Of a stretch of DNA of 64,000 nt, positions 24,009 through 37,189 are shown piece by piece. Under the pieces are notes generated by a model. That model worked only from the letters and a program-made list of their open reading frames with translations, had not been told where the DNA came from and made no database searches. Position 1 is the stretch's first letter; the number at the start of each line of letters is the position of its first letter. Made by a program: the position numbers and the translations under genes. Source of the DNA: Felis catus (lineage: Eukaryota); NCBI RefSeq assembly GCF_018350175.1, contig NC_058383.1, positions 14,944,001 through 15,008,000 on the forward strand. The letters run 5' to 3'.

Positions 24009-25426
24009 TACCACCCAGGGGCTGAACCTATCCAATGTGGAAGCGAGGGGGGAAGGCCTCAGACCCAGGATTGCGGAGAGCCCCATCCCCCACCACAGCT
24101 ACTCCAAAACAGTTTCTGCACCTTCGGTCATAGATGCTAAAGGCCTAACTTAAAATAAACATGCTTCTCAAGAGGGTAGCACATTGACCTGTAGAGAGTT
24201 CCAGAGCAAAACACCTTAACACAAAACCATTCGTGGATCACCATTGGCACAAAGAACATCCGTGAGGCCAATTTCTGGTGTGGGAGCCCAAAAACACCGA
24301 GGAAACTAAAGGAACCACCGGCCCTCCTGGCTGCCAGACCCTCATTTCCCCCCAGCATGTGATCAGATAAGGAACTTCCGATCCAAATGAAAATCAGAAA
24401 ATGGGACTATTTTGGCAGAAATCTTTCTAGCACTAAGACACGTTCTATCACGCCTCGTTATGATCATTGTCAATGCAGCGCGTGTCCTAATTAAAAATAA
24501 CTAAAATCTGTCAACACATCATCCTTGTTCTCAAAACTCGTAGCAAGCTGCCCAGGATGGTCACTCTGGCTTCCAGGCCAGAGGAGGCCCAGCGACCATC
24601 CTTGGAGACCAATGAATGTTCTGGATCATTTTGCTTTGCATCTTAACCTGGGTTCCCTAAACCACAAAGCCAGAGGCAAAATCTTATGGGCCAGAAAAGG
24701 CAAATCTAAAGAAGCACAAAGCAGATTAGTGTTTTCCCAGAGCCGCAAGTAGAAGGGGAAAATGGCCGCAAATGGCCCGAGGGGTGTTTTGGGGGTGACG
24801 GAAATATTCTAAAATTGATTTTGGTGACTGTTGCACGGGGCTGTAAATTCTATGGTATATACGTTATGCTTCAGTAATGTTGCTTAAAAGAAAAGAAGAA
24901 AGCTTAAGGGCTAACATTTTATGGGGGAGACAGAATCCCAGAAGAGCTAGAGTGACCAGAAAGGGGACCCTGGCAGGGAAGAGGGTACAGTGACTCTGAG
25001 GGACTGCACGGCCACGTCTCCTCACCTGACACCTTCGTGAGGGTGCTCTGCTCCAGAATGGTGTGTCCCAGGCCGGGAGGGAGAAGAATGTACCCACCGG
25101 CTCCAGCCCCACACCCCGCATCCCACACCCCGCACTATTGGGTTGTGTGTGAGCCCAGAGAGGGTTCAGCGACATCTTGCACCTTAGGGTGATAGCAACT
25201 GAGGTGAGGCACGAGGGGTGGCGGGTAAAGGCCCTCTTGGGACATGCGCTTGGCCAGCTGAGGGCCTGGGAGCAGCTGCCACAGGGAGCCTGTGGTCTGA
25301 AGCAGCAGGGACACACAGGTGACAGCTGTTACAACCACATGACAAGCACGGGCCTTGCCCCGGAGCCTGGCCTCAGCCAGCAAGGCCCGGGCACGTGGAT
25401 CTGCGGTGGTGCAGAAGCTGAATCTC

Positions 25427-25634
25427 GGGGCACCTGGGTGGCTCGGTTGGTTGAATGTCCAACTTCAACTCAGGTCATGATCTTGCGGTCCGTGGGTTCG
25501 AGACCCACGTCAGGCTCTGTGCTGACAGCTCAGAGCCTGGAGCCTGCTTCCGATTCTCTCTGCCCCTCCTGCGTGCTGTCTCTCTCTCTCTCTCTCTCAA
25601 AAATGAACAAATGTTTAAAAAAATAATAAAAAAA
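25427..25634 (+). mobile_element. Feline SINE
   Basis: TSD ag(a/c)agctgaatc. Confidence 0.94.
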
Positions 25635-25989
25635 GAAGCAGCTGAATCCCGTCCACTCGGCAATGCCTACCCTGCCCGATGAGGTCACGTTCACACGGGA
25701 CTGGCCAGAACGGAAAGGGCACACTGCTCAGAACCTCTCCCAAACTCTCAAGTCGGAGGGAGGAAAGGACAGTGAAGCCCCACGGGAGATCGCCGTTGTC
25801 CCGCAATACTTCGAAAGAGCTAAAACCAAGATACAGCTCCAAAGTAGCTACCGGCCGCTCCAGCTGTGGTTACACCTCCAAGAAAGAACCCGCGGGTGCG
25901 GCAGCACCTTCCGGATCCACCCTCCCTGGGCAGACTCAGCCCGCGGTGCTTGGGCCGGGCCATTTCTACCCAACCCGGGCCTTCTGCTT

Positions 25990-26275
25990 TGCAGTCTTTG
26001 CTACAAAACTGCCCACCGGTCCGGCCAAGACTTTATCGGGTCTCCATCACGGTCTGAGGCTCCCCTGGGCAGAGGCTCTGTGGAGGGCTCACCTAGATGA
26101 TCCACGATACTCTCCTTATCCCGAGGCCTGCTGCCCTGCAAACTTCATCCCGTCCGCAATCTTAATCCCCCCCCCCCTCCGATGTACAATAGATTCGCAG
26201 GTTCCGGGGGTTAGGACAAGAGCATGTTGGGAGGGACCAGTATTCGAACCTGTCACGGAGCACATCCCAAGTGGA
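25990..26275 (-). mobile_element. MLT1 LTR fragment
   Basis: attcgcaggttccgggggttaggac..gggagggacc..tattc. Confidence 0.55.
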
Positions 26276-27425
26276 AGGTCCCTTAACCCTCCAAGGGTGG
26301 GAAACGATCAGCATGGTCCCCTAAGAAGCATGGGGTAAGTACCTGTCATGTTCACATCACTTTCTTTCCCTCACCTGTCTTCTTGCTCCTGAAGTCTGAC
26401 ATGGGCTAGAGCCGGGGATACCCTCTTTCTGGTGGGCACTGGGCACCCAGTTGGGCCAGGTGCGCCTCCGATCCCAGAATAAAGCACAGGACAGTATAGC
26501 TGAGCGTTTGCCCCCAAGCTCTTCTCCAAAGGGGCACCCTTGCCATGCTTTTTTAAGCAACATGTGCACGTGGCCAAAAGTTACGGAAACCAGTGAGGAC
26601 ACCAGAAAGGAGTCAGAGAGGTGGCAGTAAGTACCTTTTCGGGGGGAATGTGCTTCTCCGCGGATGAAGCTGTGGGCCAGTCCCACCTCCCAGCTCCCCC
26701 TGAGGCCGTGTTGGATGTGGCCAAACGGGAGGGGGGTTCCAGGAGATGGAGTGTGGCACAGCCAGCTTCTCAGGGTGGAAGGAAACCCCAGGGGCTGACA
26801 GGACTGAGGAGCCTCCGGGAGGCAGCAAGTCTGGGGCCGGGCATCCTGCTACTCACAGTACCACTACTGCCAGCCCCAGACAGGATTACAGAAAATACCG
26901 CCATAAAGCACTTGTCCGGGCCGACGGCACTCTCTCCCGGGCCCCGTCACCACTTCCACAGCAAAATACGGAAAACTGAAAAGAAAAATCAAAACTGAAG
27001 GCGCCAAGTCCTGCCAAATAAGTGAATTGGCCAGAGAGCCACCTAAAGGCTCAGGTCAAGGAAAATGCGGGGGAAGAAAATGAGATGTAACAGGTATCTT
27101 TGGGTCCAAACCGCCATGTCTAGAAGCACCAGACAAGTGACTGGCACAGCGGGTCTGTTGTGATGGACTGGGGTCTGTTCCCTGGAGTGGGGGATTGGCT
27201 GGACATCTCTACCATGGAAATCTGGCCACGTCGAAAACAGCCCGTTTGAGAAAGAACGCTCCAAAAACAAACATCATTTTGCATTAGTACGTGAGGTCTA
27301 AATAAACATAATCATCCTTCAAAGAAGCAGAAGGGGGCACCAGGAAGAATAGGGTCATCACAGTAATCAAGTCCTTCTTACGGATATTAGTGATTTGACC
27401 CCACAAAACATGAGCTCTGAGGCAC

Positions 27426-27790
27426 TGTCTTAGTCTCCTCAGGCTGCTATAACAAAAATGCCACAGACTGGGTGGCTTAGCCAACAGACATACATGTCTC
27501 AAAATCCTGAAGGTTGGAAGTCCAAGATCAAGATGCCACCCGGTTCAGTTCCTGGTGAGAACCCACTTCCTTGTTGGTAGACAGCTGCCTTCTGCCTGTG
27601 TCCTCACATGATGGCGACAGGAGGTTCTGGAGACTCTTCCAACTCTTTTAAGGGCGCTAATCCTATCGTGGGGGAACCTGCCTTCGTGACCTTATCTAAA
27701 CCCAATCACATCTTGAAAGTTCCACCCCCGAACACTATCACATCGGGGGTTGGGCTTCAACATACGAATTGAAGGGGGGTGTGCCTCCTT
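27426..27790 (-). mobile_element. MLT1A-like MaLR solo LTR
   Basis: tgtcttagtc..ggctgctataacaaaa..cacagactgggtggctta, aagtccaagatcaag, gcttcaacatacgaatt. Confidence 0.88.
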
Positions 27791-28214
27791 ATCCATTCAG
27801 TGGTACTTTGGCTAAATTCACCTCATCTGTTCTAGTCTGCAGGGGAAAAGTCCTCGGGGATGGGGAGACATGGATTTTGCTGTTCCAAGAACAGCTGGAT
27901 GCAGGTATCACCAGCCGCACACAACTCAAACCGGAAACCGCCCCATCGGGATTTCCCCATCCTGACTCTGAGTCCAATGACGCGCACTTTGACCGAATAT
28001 GCATGGCATTAAATAAGCTCTCAGACTTTCCCTTCCTTAATTACCTTCAGTCACTAAGAGCTGACCAGCAGCACAGAACATGAAAAACTCCTCTGCAGTG
28101 GCAGCCGCGCAGCCATCTGTAATTGAGCCTAGTGCCCCTCACTGAAGAGTCAACTGAGTCAACATGGAGAGCAACATGTAATACCCCGACCCACATTTCC
28201 ATTAAAATTCATGA

Positions 28215-28655
28215 AGACACACACATGTGCAAACACACATGTATACACACGCGCATGCACACAGACATACACACGTATGCACCTATACACCCCACACCCG
28301 TATATATACACATGCATACACATATGCATACAAACACACACATGCACACACACGCATACGTACATATGCATGGACACACGCATATATGCACCAATACACT
28401 TCCCCCCCACATGCACATACGTGCATACAAACACATACACACACATACACATGCACACATATGCATGTACATGTACATGCACAGATACCTGCATGCATAT
28501 ACGTGGATACACACATACATGCATAATACATACACACGGACACATATATCATATATATGCATCTATACACTCCCCCACACCCACATACACATGCACACAC
28601 ATATGCATACATACACATGCATGCACACGTATGCCCATATACATACACACACAGG
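28215..28655. repeat. Degenerate (CA/TA/TG)n low-complexity tract
   Basis: About 440 bp of near-continuous purine-pyrimidine alternation. Confidence 0.95.
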
Positions 28656-28799
28656 CAATAGAACAGGAAATTACATATGTATAAGAGAACGTCCTATATG
28701 AATGGGAGAAATCTCCATGGCTGAGATGTCAATAGGGTCAGCGTGAGAAACAAAATCCTGGGACAGGCAAGAGCTACCTTCTCGCCAAAACTACACATA

Positions 28800-29450
28800 T
28801 CAAAGAATGCAGGAAAGCACTTTAACTCTGCATAGGAAAAAAGAATTCAATCTCGCTAGTAATCAAAGTAAAACAAAATACCATATTATTTCAAACTACC
28901 AAATCGGCAACAACTTTAAAACCGTGAACACAATATTGGTGAACGTGCCATAAAACGGGAATTTGCATACACGGGGTCGGTGGCAGTAGTAATTGACAAC
29001 ATTCGGAGAAACAATCTGGCAATGCTAATAAGAACCCATAACGTTTACACACATTGACCCAGTGTTTTTGCTGGTACAAGTCTGGATTTTAAAAAAAACG
29101 CACAGGGGCGCCTGGGTGGCACAGTCGGTTAAGCATCCGACTTCAGCTCAGGTCACGATCTCGCGGTCCGTGAGTGAGTTCGAGCCCCGCGTCAGGCTCT
29201 GGGCTGATGGCTCAGAGCCTGGAGCCTGTTTCCGATCCTGTGTCTCCCTCTCTCTCTGCCCCTCCCCCGTTCATGCTCTGTCTCTCTCTGTCCCAAAAAT
29301 AAATAAACGTTGAAAAAAAAAATTAAAAAAAAAATGCACAAAAAACCCCACCACTAATACAGGCAAAGATTTCTCCTATAGTAGCTCATCAGAGTATTAC
29401 TTATGATCAGGAAGAAACGGAAATGCAGCTCAGTGCCAAATAACTGAAGG
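28800..29450 (+). mobile_element. Ancient L1 (L1ME-like) ORF2/3' remnant, interrupted by a SINE
   Basis: tcaatctcgctagtaatcaaag, caatattggtgaac, ggagaaacaatctggcaat, ttgacccag. Confidence 0.6.
29105..29335 (+). mobile_element. Young feline SINE
   Basis: TSD aaaaa(c/t)gcaca; internal gtga duplication. Confidence 0.96.
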
Positions 29451-29824
29451 TGAAGGCATTTCTCCATTAGCTGTATTTTCCGGGGCAGCGCTCTCCATTC
29501 AGACCCTCCATTAACCTGTGCCTGCCCCACCAGGCAGAATCTGACCCGAACCCGCTTCGCGCCTCCTGCTCAGGGCTGCAGTGAGTCTAACCAAGACAAG
29601 GAGTTTATTTTCTGAATGTTAGATGAATTACGTAACCCGGAGCAAAATATCTAAGGGGAAAATGAATAGAGGAAGTAACATGAGGGCGGAGGGTACTGAA
29701 CTGGCCAGTAGGTCTCACTCATTTAGGATTTCTACCCTCACATTCTTCCCAAGGACTAAAAAGCCTTGATATCCCTGTAAAACTAAACCCACAAAAAAGG
29801 GAGGACAATTAAAAACAAAAATGG

Positions 29825-30063
29825 GGGGCACCTGGGTGGCTCAGTCGGTTAAGCATCCGACTTCAACTCAGGGCATGATCTTGCAGTTCGTGAGTTCGAG
29901 CCCCGCACCGGGCTCGCTGCTGACAGCTCGGAGCTTGGAGCCTCCTTCAGATTCTGTGTCTCCCTCTCTCTCTCTCTCTCTCTCTCTGTCTCTGCCCTGC
30001 CCCCTGCTCATGCTCTCTCATTCTCTCTCCAAAATAAAAATAAACATTAAAAAAAATTTTTTT
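29825..30063 (+). mobile_element. Feline SINE
   Basis: Head, (CT)n, A-tail. Confidence 0.95.
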
Positions 30064-33000
30064 AAGTAGTAGGAAAAGAATGCATTTAAAATAATAATAA
30101 TAGTAATAATTTTTTTAATAAAATAAAAATGGAAGGGGGGAGAGGGGATAAAAGGGGCAGAGAAAGAGTTGCCACCAGATACCAGGGAGTGATCTAATCA
30201 TTACAGCCAGGGACTGAATTTAGCACTGCGATTCCTGACAGCTTCAATAGAACAAGAAACACTTTGGGTAATAGAGTTCTTATTGTGTGATTAAAAAAGA
30301 AGAAGAAGAAGAAGAGTGGTTCCATTGGAGAGATTCATTATTATCAAGTACTGAAATAAAACAGCGATTTTCATGCTTCCTTCGTATAGGGTTTTTTTTA
30401 CAAGCGAGACGGAACCTCGGTCACGAGCATTTACACCTCTGCACCTTGTCAGTGGCCCTGTGTCTCCCCTCCTAAACGGAGGAGTCCTGTTCGCCTCCCA
30501 TGCCTGTGCCTTCTCAGCTATAAACTACACCTCTGTCCTAGAAGCACAGCGGAGGTGTGGACCCAGGGCATGTACTGACCTCAGTCAAGGAAAGTTGGTC
30601 CCAAGGTAAAATGGCATCTGGCCGTCACCTTCGAGACAGCGTCTCTGGACCTCCCACTGGATGCCAGTGGAGAACCAAATGAACCAAAGTCCTAACAAAG
30701 AGGAATTTCTACGACCTTCAAGTCACGAGGACACAGGCTGGAAAGCATGGCTCATGGCCCACTGGTGGCCACCATGATACACGCGGCCCCAGCTAAGGCC
30801 GCCCCCGCCAAATTGTCTCTAATGCCCCAGCCCAGCCCTGCCCATCCCCCCACCGGAGAGGAACATCGGTGCCCACCCACCAAAAAGCCAGCGAGTCTTT
30901 CTGAACAAGTCGGCCTCACTACCAAGGGGCACAATAGAACCATCATGGCAGGATTTTTGTTTGGTTGGCTGTTTGGCTGTACAAGGCCATTATGACACTT
31001 CGCCTGCCCCCTGCTTCTTCAGAGACTCTGCGTAAGAATCTGGGGCACGCGGCCCGGCCCTTGTGTTAGGAACTGCTCCCCGGTTCCTGATAATGCTGGC
31101 GTGCTCTCCCTTAGGAACCTCGGCCCTACCACGTGGGAGCCTGGTTTGGGGGAGGCAGAGCGGATTCCTCACTCGTGCCGCAGGACCTTCTTTACACCCG
31201 GTGGTAAAGGTCTGCCGCCCAGGGTGAGCTCCGGGTCCCAGGAAAGCGACTGGCACTGGCACAGCGGCAGTAAAACAGAACGAAGATGGCATGTATTGGC
31301 CGCCATGTATTTGGTGCGCTGCCGTCAGGCGGAGGGGACAGCAGAGCTGACCTTGGTCTGAAACCGTGGCTGGAGCCAGCACGCCCAAAACCTACCAGGA
31401 GAACTTCAACCCCAGCGGAGTCACTTCCAAAGCCCTGGAGGAGGTGAAACGCAAAGGAAGCATCATCTATGCGCCGAAAACAGGAAACGAGCCCACGCGA
31501 AGAAACCGCTCCTTTGGCTCACGAGGAGTATGAAAGGTGACGGGTTGTTTGATAGACATTATAGGGGGAGAAAGGAAACGACTGGTTTCTCCCACTGCTG
31601 TACAGCATGCTAGAAATAAAACCCAGCGAACAGAAGGAACCCAGTTCCTCTGCTTAACAAGAGCAGGGTAGTCCCAGCGCCTTCCCTGAACTTGCCCTTC
31701 ATAGACTCTGGTGCCATGGGCACCGGGGTCGCGATCCAGGCCGGCAGGGCAAACCTCGGGCAGGTTGGTGCTCCCTGCCACCCGCCGCCTGTTTTCCTTC
31801 CGGCCAACTTTCCCCTACGAGCCCGTCTCCAATCACCGGGATGGGGCTGGGAAATGACATCCCCAAAGGGCCATTACAAAGAAGTGAGTAGGGAATTTTA
31901 GCCGTGTCGATCCATCTTCCAAAGGAACAGATAGGCAGTGAAAGGGGTCGTTTTCAGTTTTGTGTGCCAAAGACCAGCGGCTCGACAGGAAGGTCATGCA
32001 GTGCTCAGTCTCTGAAGGCAGATAATTCAGTGTGTATTCTATTTTAAAGCCGAGCCCTCGGTGCTACCTTGATGATTTTGTAGAATTTACACTGAAAGGG
32101 CATTAAAATGTCACACCATCTTGTGCATTCCCCACTTCTATGTGCTCTTTGCAAGAAAATGAAACCCGGCCGCTCTGAACTCTTAGCAAGCCCCCACAAT
32201 GTCTAAGGCAGGCGATTTAAACTGTGCACATTTTCTGCGAGGCAAAAGGGTACGGGGAAAGAAATAGCAGTGGGAAACTGTTCCTGAAGCCGGGACTCTT
32301 TTCTGAGCCACGATTTCCTCTTCTGCAAAATAAGGAAGACCCCGCCTGTCTTCTGGTTGGTGACCCGGTGGCAGAAAGCACACAAGCACCTGGAACGGAG
32401 TCTGGCACATTCTTAGCTAAGCCTTCCCTTCCCCTTTGGGTCTGTTTCCTTCCCTGCAAGGAAAGGCGGAGAAGAGAGAGCCACGCCAGGTGACCCAGCA
32501 TCAACGCCCTGCATAATGAGGACTCCCCCCGCCCAGACATGCCATCAAAAGTCAAACTCCACCATCCACGTGTGTCCCAGATTCACACGGACAGGATGAA
32601 AGCGATCACGGCCAACTGCACCTTCCACGGAGAAAAGAGAGAGGGCAGGAAGTCTCCGTACCGTTACGAGGAAGAGACACAGAGGCACCAGAAACTGGGA
32701 TAGCGTTTCCTACGTTACACCGTGGGTGTCAGGCTGCAGGTCTTCGGCAGGCGGGACAGGTACTCTGTCCCAGGACCCACCCGCACTCCCTCCCATAGAG
32801 GGGCTTTGCTCTCTATGACCCCTGGTCTCATTCCTGCTGAACTCCCTCCAATGTCAGATTGCAAGTTCACGGCAAACCAGAACAGTTCACAACAGGGTTT
32901 AGAATATTGAACCCCTGCAGTGAGTGCCTTTCGACGCAGCTCTGCCTTCCCTTGTCACAGGAACTTGGGTCAAAACATCAGCGTTGGGCCCATGTCAAGG

Positions 33001-33161
33001 AAGGTCTGTGGTCCCAACAGCTATTTATCTCATCTTAGTAGACTGGCCAAAGAGGCAAAGCCCTGTTTCCAGGGACTAGAAAGGTTCCCTCCCCCCACAT
33101 TCTGTGTTACCCATAAGTAACTAGTCCTGAGCTTAACATCAGACAATAATTAGTTTAACTG

Positions 33162-33388
33162 GGGGCGCCTGGGTGGCTCAGTCGGTTAAGCGTCCGACTT
33201 CGGCTCAGGTCATGATCTCACGGCTCGTGAGTTCGAGCCCCGTGTCGGGCTCTGTGCTGACAGCTCAGAGCCTGGAGCCTGTTTCAGATTCTGTGTCTCC
33301 CTCTCTCTCTCTGAACCTCCCCCGTTCATCCTCTGTCTCTCTCTGTCTCAATAGTAAATAAACGTTAAAAAAAAAATTTTTTTTTAAA
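33162..33388 (+). mobile_element. Feline SINE
   Basis: Perfect TSD aataattagtttaactg. Confidence 0.96.
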
Positions 33389-33700
33389 TAATAATTAGTT
33401 TAACTGTCTGGCTTCCCCAATGCACTAAGAGCTTCCCTAGGTATCTTTTGGGGGTGAGAGATATTTTCTAAAACTCGATTGTGGTAATGTACGCCTACCT
33501 CGATTCATTTATGAAAAATCATTGAACTGGACACTTAAAACAGGCGAATTTCATAGTATATAAAGTATGTCTCAATCCAACTATTTCTTTTTAAACTCCA
33601 CTATCCATTAGTGTGTGGCCTTGAGCAAACTGCCTCTCTGAGCTTCCGTTTCCTCGCCTGTGAAATGAAACAATAATTGGTATTATACAACAGGTGTGGG

Positions 33701-33913
33701 GTTTATTTTTTTATTTTTATTTTGTTAGTTTATTTGAGAGAGACAGAGACAGCGTGAGTGGGGGAGGGGCAGAGAGAGAGGGAGAGAGAGAGAATCCCAA
33801 GCAGGCTCCACACCACCAGAGCAGAGCCCAACATGAGGTTCGAACCCAAACTTCTGAGATCATGACCCGAGCCGGGGTCGGGCACTTAACCGACTGAGCC
33901 GCCCAGGCGCCCC
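33701..33913 (-). mobile_element. Can-SINE inserted in a MIR (about 33600-33990)
   Basis: Head at 33913; flanking ccttgagcaa..ctctgagcttccgtttcctc. Confidence 0.92.
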
Positions 33914-34074
33914 TAGCCGTGTGGTTTAAGTGAACTTATGTGTGGAAGGCCCTTTGCAAACACTCCACACCTGTCGGTTGCTATTTTTATTGTCTTATTT
34001 TGTTTGTCCAGCACAAAAGATACAATGGAGGGGAAAGAAAAAATAGTGTGGAAGAAAGCCTGGGTGCTGTGGTA

Positions 34075-34790
34075 AGTAGAAAAGTATCTCCCCAAGTATG
34101 TTCATGCCCTGGTCCCCAGAACCCGTGAGTATGTCACCTCACAGAACAGAAGGCCTTTGGCGATGTGATTAAATCAGGGACCTTGAGTTGGGGGATATTA
34201 TCCTGGATTAGCCCAGTGGGCACTATGTAAACACAAGGGTTCTTAAAAGATGGAAAAGGGGCGCCTGGGTGGCTCCGTCGGTTAAGCGTCCAACTTCGGC
34301 TCAGGTCACGATCTCACGGTCCGTGAGTTCGAGCCCCGCGTCTGGCTCTGGGCTGATGGCTCAGAGCCTGGAGCCTGCTTCCGATTCTGTGTCTCCCTCT
34401 CTCTCTGCTCCTCCCCCGTTCATGCTCTGTCTCTCTCTGTCTCAAAAATAAACGTTAAAAAAAATTAAAAAAAAAAAAAAAGATGGAAGAGGAAGTTAGG
34501 AGAGTTGGAGAGAGAGAACTCTTGGAAGATACTGATACTGCCTTGAAGGATGAAGGAAGGGGCCACGAGCCCCGGAGAGGCAGCTGTCTCTAGAACTTGG
34601 AAAAGGCAAGGAAACGGACGCCCTCCCAGCATCTCCAAAACAAACATGGCCCTTTTGACACCTTGACTCTAGCCTGGTAAAACCCACTTCGAACTTCTGA
34701 CCTCCAGAATTGCAGGGTAACAGCTTTGGATTAATTTATGCCACTAAGTTTGTAGTAATGGGTTACAGCAGCGATAAGAAATCAATACAG
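34075..34790 (+). mobile_element. MLT1D-like solo LTR, interrupted by a SINE
   Basis: atcctggatta, acaagggttcttaaaagatggaa, ggaaaaggcaaggaaacgga, ttctgacctccagaattg, aataca. Confidence 0.87.
34258..34480 (+). mobile_element. Feline SINE
   Basis: TSD aaaagatggaa. Confidence 0.96.
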
Positions 34791-34795
34791 GCACG

Positions 34796-35010
34796 GGGGC
34801 ACCTGGGTGGCTCAGTCAGTCAAGCATCCAACCTCGGCTCAGGTCATGATCTCGCAGTTCACGAGTTTGAGTCCCGCGTGGGGGCTCTGTGCTGACAGCT
34901 CGGAGCCTGGAGCCTGCTTCAGATTCTGCGTCTCCCTCTCTCTCTGCCCCTCCTCCACTTGCACTCCGCCTCTCAAAATAAATACACATTTTTGAAAAAG
35001 AAAGAAAAAA
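34796..35010 (+). mobile_element. Feline SINE
   Basis: Head, CT region, A-tail. Confidence 0.94.
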
Positions 35011-35160
35011 GACATCAGTATGGGCGCCGTGTTGTGGAAAGCCTTGAATGTCAGGGTGAGAGTAGATCTAAGAGGGAGAGTCTGATATTGATATTTGGAG
35101 TGTGTGAGACGCCCTGGAGTAACAGCAGGAAGGCAGCAGGTGGCCAGGAAGGATGCTATT

Positions 35161-35612
35161 CCTTTTTTGAAAAAAATAATATATACAGTCTTCTATTAGT
35201 TTCAGGTGTACAATACAATGATTCAACAATTCCGTACATTTCTCAGGGCTCATCAAGATAAGTGTACTCTTAATCCCCTTAATCGATTTCACCTGATAAG
35301 AGGTTAACATTCCCAAATATAAAAAGAATTTTGGGGGCACCTGGGTGGCTCAGCTGGTTAAGCATCTGACTTCGGCTCAGGTCGTGATCTCACAATTCAT
35401 GAGTTCGAGCCCCTCGTCGGGCTCTGCGCTGACACTCTGGGGCCTGCTTCCGATTCTTCCTCTCCTTCTCTCTCTGCCCCTCCCCATCTTGTGCGTGTAA
35501 ACTTTTTTAAAAATCCAAACTACAAAAAGCATTTTTGTAACCCAATACCAAAAACACAAGTAATCTGATTAAACATGGGCCGAGAACCTCAAGAGATAGT
35601 TTTCCAAAGAAG
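35161..35612 (-). mobile_element. 5'-inverted L1 (3' end antisense 35161-35293; ORF2 piece sense 35294-35612)
   Basis: attagtttcaggtgtacaatacaatgattc then tgataagaggttaac..aatctgattaaacatggg..ttttccaaagaag. Confidence 0.7.
35333..35514 (+). mobile_element. Can-SINE inside L1
   Basis: Head and short CT region. Confidence 0.9.
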
Positions 35613-36450
35613 GGCACCATTCATGTGGAACAGAGCGGGGAACAGGTGGGGAGGCAGGCTAGCGGGGAAGGGCGTGTGGAGGAGCTGGTGGTGTTGGGAG
35701 AGCGGGTGGATAAACCCTATGTCACTTAGCAATCGCCCGGAGGCAAGATCCAACAGAGAAGACCCAAAGAGGACAATAAGCCTGGCCCATGGGAGCACAG
35801 TGATGCCATCCACGGGGGTCACGAGAGCTGGTTGCCGCGGCGGGGGCAGGGTGCCCAGAGGAGGTGGGGACACGGAGCAGCTCAGTGAGAGCCTCGAGCA
35901 AGGCTCAAAGCTTGGGTCAAACAGGAGTGCAGGTGGCGGCAAGGATACCACTTTGGGACACCCGAGTGCCAAGGCGAAAGCCAAAAGCACCAGCAAGGTA
36001 GGGAAGAGTGTGCAGGAGACAGACAGCTCGAGTAACAGACACGTTTAGGGGTTGGAAGAAGGAGAAGAGGCAAACCAGAAGACAGACAAGCCAAAGGAGA
36101 GGAGGGTTTTGAAGAAGCCACCAGGGACCCCTCCAGGGGCTGATTCGACACTGTAGCGACAGCAAGAATCAGATTGCAAAGGGTGAGTGGAAATAAAGGA
36201 GTAGAAAAGAACAGACCCGTGTTAAGATGGAGAAGGCAAGGAGAGGAGCTACATGGCAGCTTGGTCAGAGAGCAGAGAGGAAGAAAAGCATTTCTTAGAA
36301 TCGAAGGCTCCCGAACACGCTTGAACGCTTGGGGGAGCACTGGGGTAAATGGTAGATTAGGACTGGGGGGGAAGGGATGGAGAATTAAAGGATGCGAAGG
36401 ACATGGTGTTAACAAAGAGAAGAGTCATTTCCTTTCAAGAGAAAGAAGTT

Positions 36451-36672
36451 GGGGCCTCTGGGTGGCTCGGTCGATGAAGGGTCTTCGGCTCGGGTCACAA
36501 TCTCGTGGTTGGTGGAGTTCGAGCCCCGCGTCCGTCTCTGTGCTGACGGCTCAGAGCCTGGAGCCAGCTTCGGATTCTGTGTCTCCCTCTCTCTCTGCCC
36601 CTCCGCCACCTGCACCCTGTGTGTGTGTCTCTCTCTCTCTCAAAAATAAACATTAGAAAAAAATTTTTTTAA
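36451..36672 (+). mobile_element. Feline SINE (diverged, GC-shifted head)
   Basis: Head, CT region, A-tail. Confidence 0.93.
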
Positions 36673-37189
36673 AGAGACAAGAGCAAGAGCATGATAATAA
36701 AAACGGACACAGGTATTCACGGGAAAAAGGTAAGGTTGACAAGAGCTCGCCTCGGGTAGCCTCAAGCTTTGACAGCGAATTGAGAGAGGCCAGCAGAGCC
36801 TTGCAGAGTCCGGGCAAAAACGGAGAGAGGTCTGCTTTGGATGTCGAGAAGGGAAACTTCCCTGAGAGCCCAGCCAAGATTAGACCCTCCCCAGAGGCCA
36901 CCAGCCAGCCATGCATCCCCTGCAAGGTAACACACACGAGGCTCATCTGCCAGGTTGACCTGGTCACAAATCCTGAACTATCGTTCCCATTGCTAAAGTC
37001 CACTTGTCTGATCCTCCCAAGTTCTTGAGGGAGGAGACCGTCTGGAGTTTAAGCCTCCGTGCGTCCCGGCTCCTGGGATCACAGCACCTGCCCCAGCGGG
37101 AACCGTGTGATGGTGGAGAGGAATAGAAGGACTAGAAGAGAAGCAATATTTCAGCATGTCCCGACATACTGGCTAAAACTTGCTCTGAA

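Larger units (their letters stand above)
35020..36420 (-). mobile_element. Long L2 remnant, interrupted by an L1 and a SINE
   Basis: gaaagccttgaatgtcagg and a long purine-rich antisense L2 pattern. Confidence 0.55.

Noticed and set aside
25679..26338. Longest ORF (219 aa)
   Set aside because: No recognisable domain, runs into an MLT1 remnant, and is expected in GC-rich DNA.
28123..28701. 192-aa His/Thr-rich ORF and overlapping ORFs
   Set aside because: Products of a low-complexity dinucleotide tract.
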